Shown: positions 57,708 through 59,461 of the stretch, one piece after another | Position numbering within the stretch: position 1 is the first letter of the stretch | Layout: every line of letters begins with the position of its first letter | DNA from: Rhodospirillales bacterium | GTDB lineage: Bacteria; Pseudomonadota; Alphaproteobacteria; Rhodospirillales; Defluviicoccaceae | Assembly (NCBI GenBank): GCA_039808105.1 | Contig: JBDHSN010000001.1 | Location: forward strand, 1 to 59,461 | DNA length: 59,461 nucleotides | Reading direction: 5' to 3' | Notes under the pieces: generated by a model | What the model saw: only the letters and a program-made list of their open reading frames with translations | Databases searched by the model: none | Told to the model about the DNA's origin: nothing | Position numbers and translations under genes: made by a program

Positions 57708-59063
57708 TCAGAACCGCGCCGCGGAAGCTTCGGCGTGACCGATGATGATCTCGCTGCCGACCGGCAATCCCAGCAGATTGGCGGTGGTGACGAAGATATG
57801 CAGCCCGTTCACCTGGGTCTTGCCGCCGGCGCTCGGGACGATCTGCTCGTTGACGATCACCCGGCCGAGACCCGGCAGCGGCACCTGGGTGTTCGGCGGT
57901 GCGATGATCGGCACGCTCACCCCGCCGATGCGCAGGCCGGCGAAGCCCGAGCCGTCCGTCGACCGGCTCCGCACGCCGTTCTTGAACATCTCCCGCGCCA
58001 CCGCCCGGATCGAGGCCGCCGTGATCAATCCATTGAGCAGACTGGCATTCTCGATCGTCGATGTGGTCACCGCGACGGTCCCGCCGTTCTGCGGGCCGCC
58101 GAAGGCAGTGCTGACACTGTTGCCGAGGGTAAACAGACTGCCGGCAGAAAATGTGCTGATCGTGTTGCTGAGCGTCTTACCGCCGGTACCCTCGCAGCCC
58201 ATGGTCACCAGCGCCGCCTTGCCGGTGCGGTTTTGCAGGCTGGTGCCGGCCGTGGCGTTGGCGAAGGTGGCATAGGCCTGGCCGCTGACCACCGCCGCCG
58301 GCTGGCTGCGGGTAAATGTCGCTGTCGCGGAAGCGACGACGATCTGCGCTCCCACCGGCAGACCGAAGCCGTTCGCCTGGCTGATATCGACGGTCAGCAT
58401 CTGCACCGTGATCCGCCCGAGACCGGAAAAGTCGCCGCCGCGCTGCACCTTCTTCAGCGTCACCTTGCCCAAACCCGGCAGCGGTATCTGGGTGTTGGCG
58501 GCGACGGTCGCGCTGATCGGATTGCCGGCGATCCTGAGGTTGGTGAAGACGGATGTGTCGGTATTGGCCGTGATCGCCGCAGCGGTGGCGGCGACATTGG
58601 CAGCTGCCTTGATCGAGGTTGCCGTGATCAGCCCGTTGAGCAGGTTGAGCCCACTGACCGTCGACGTGTTCTGGATTGTCGCCGTCGCCGCCGTCTTGTT
58701 GGTGAACACCGTGCTGATCGTCGCCGTGGCCTTCAGCACCCTGCCGCTGTCGCCGGCCTGGATGGTGTTCACCGTGTTTGAGAGAACCTGGCCATTGGTG
58801 CCGCGGCACGGGCACGGCTGATACGCAGACCTGCCGAGCTGAGCGGCCACGGGGCCGGCGGCCGCGTTGGCGAAGGTGGCGAACGCACTGCCCCTGAACG
58901 AACCGGGCAGATCGGCGGCATGCAGCCCCTGGCCGCCGACAACCATCGCGAGTGCGAACACCAGGACTGCCGAGGCAATCCGCCAAACATGGCGGCGGTC
59001 ATACGCGGCCCCTGGGGGCATCGGCAGCGGTGCCTGCCCACATCTCCTGTGCATTTTTGCCAT
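57708..59063 (-). CDS. Secreted Thr/Ala/Gly-rich protein with two tandem ~190-aa repeats (choice-of-anchor P-like)
   Basis: Signal peptide; each repeat runs A(F/Y)ATFANA.AG...C.GT.G..LSNT...LLNGLITA.SI.A...NTQ.PLPGLG.V...GLPVG..I; SD GGAGGG. Confidence 0.7.
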   Translation of the reverse strand: MAKMHRRCGQAPLPMPPGAAYDRRHVWRIASAVLVFALAMVVGGQGLHAADLPGSFRGSAFATFANAAAGPVAAQLGRSAYQPCPCRGTNGQVLSNTVNTIQAGDSGRVLKATATISTVFTNKTAATATIQNTSTVSGLNLLNGLITATSIKAAANVAATAAAITANTDTSVFTNLRIAGNPISATVAANTQIPLPGLGKVTLKKVQRGGDFSGLGRITVQMLTVDISQANGFGLPVGAQIVVASATATFTRSQPAAVVSGQAYATFANATAGTSLQNRTGKAALVTMGCEGTGGKTLSNTISTFSAGSLFTLGNSVSTAFGGPQNGGTVAVTTSTIENASLLNGLITAASIRAVAREMFKNGVRSRSTDGSGFAGLRIGGVSVPIIAPPNTQVPLPGLGRVIVNEQIVPSAGGKTQVNGLHIFVTTANLLGLPVGSEIIIGHAEASAARF

Positions 59064-59461
59064 CCCTCCCTGGTCCCAATGACTTATCGAAATTTATAGA
59101 GCAGCTAGACTACTTCGGGTTCAGGCACAGACTGAGCTGTACCCGCGACAATGAGTTGCCGCAATTTTGTATATGACTGGGTTTTAATATGGATTTATAC
59201 CAAGATGATACTTCCATATGCCAATGTTGTTCATGTTAGTAGCCCGAGCGGGTTACGTGAGTCAATGAAATCAACCATTCCGACGCAATCATTCGGATTA
59301 GTTCACGCATTGTACGATATGGAATCGATATGGACACGCTATGGGAGAGAATCCCGGCAGTGAAGCGCATGCGATATCGAGTAAAGCCGCGGCAACGCAC
59401 AGGGAGGGGACGCATCGGAAGGGGCGGCAACCCTGGCAGGCCGGTCCGATCGCCGGCAGGG

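Noticed and set aside
1-59461. CRISPR arrays, tRNA/rRNA genes, prophage, transposases, integrases
   Set aside because: None seen by eye; short or degenerate elements could have been missed.

Overview
GC-rich chromosomal window from an alphaproteobacterium, probably Rhodospirillales (inferred from gene content and gene order). It is mostly housekeeping and stress genes: anmK, tyrS, a YhdP/AsmA-like protein, glnE-bcp-ferritin-like, rluD-rpoH-gshB, rpmJ, a K+/H+ antiporter, a two-domain cold-shock protein, hchA, gor, plcP-agt lipid remodelling, pmbA/tldD, a 2-oxoacid:ferredoxin oxidoreductase operon, metZ and an RND pump. The strongest signal is missing from the ORF track. At the left edge, a minus-strand gene (491 to <1) encodes a close homologue of the nitrogenase-protecting FeSII (Shethna II) 2Fe-2S protein that continues into an apparent rubrerythrin/ferritin-like domain. 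It has a consensus sigma54 promoter and two perfect NifA-type TGT-N10-ACA sites. Other points of interest: a ~150-bp REP-derived inverted repeat bracketing a 3-kb cassette of exported proteins; a ~420-nt structured leader with a sequestered SD before a small-protein/cold-shock cluster; a consensus sigma54 element inside rluD upstream of rpoH; and a possible variant SAM-II riboswitch before metZ. I saw no tRNA, rRNA, CRISPR array, transposase or integrase. All calls come from reading the sequence; no searches were run.
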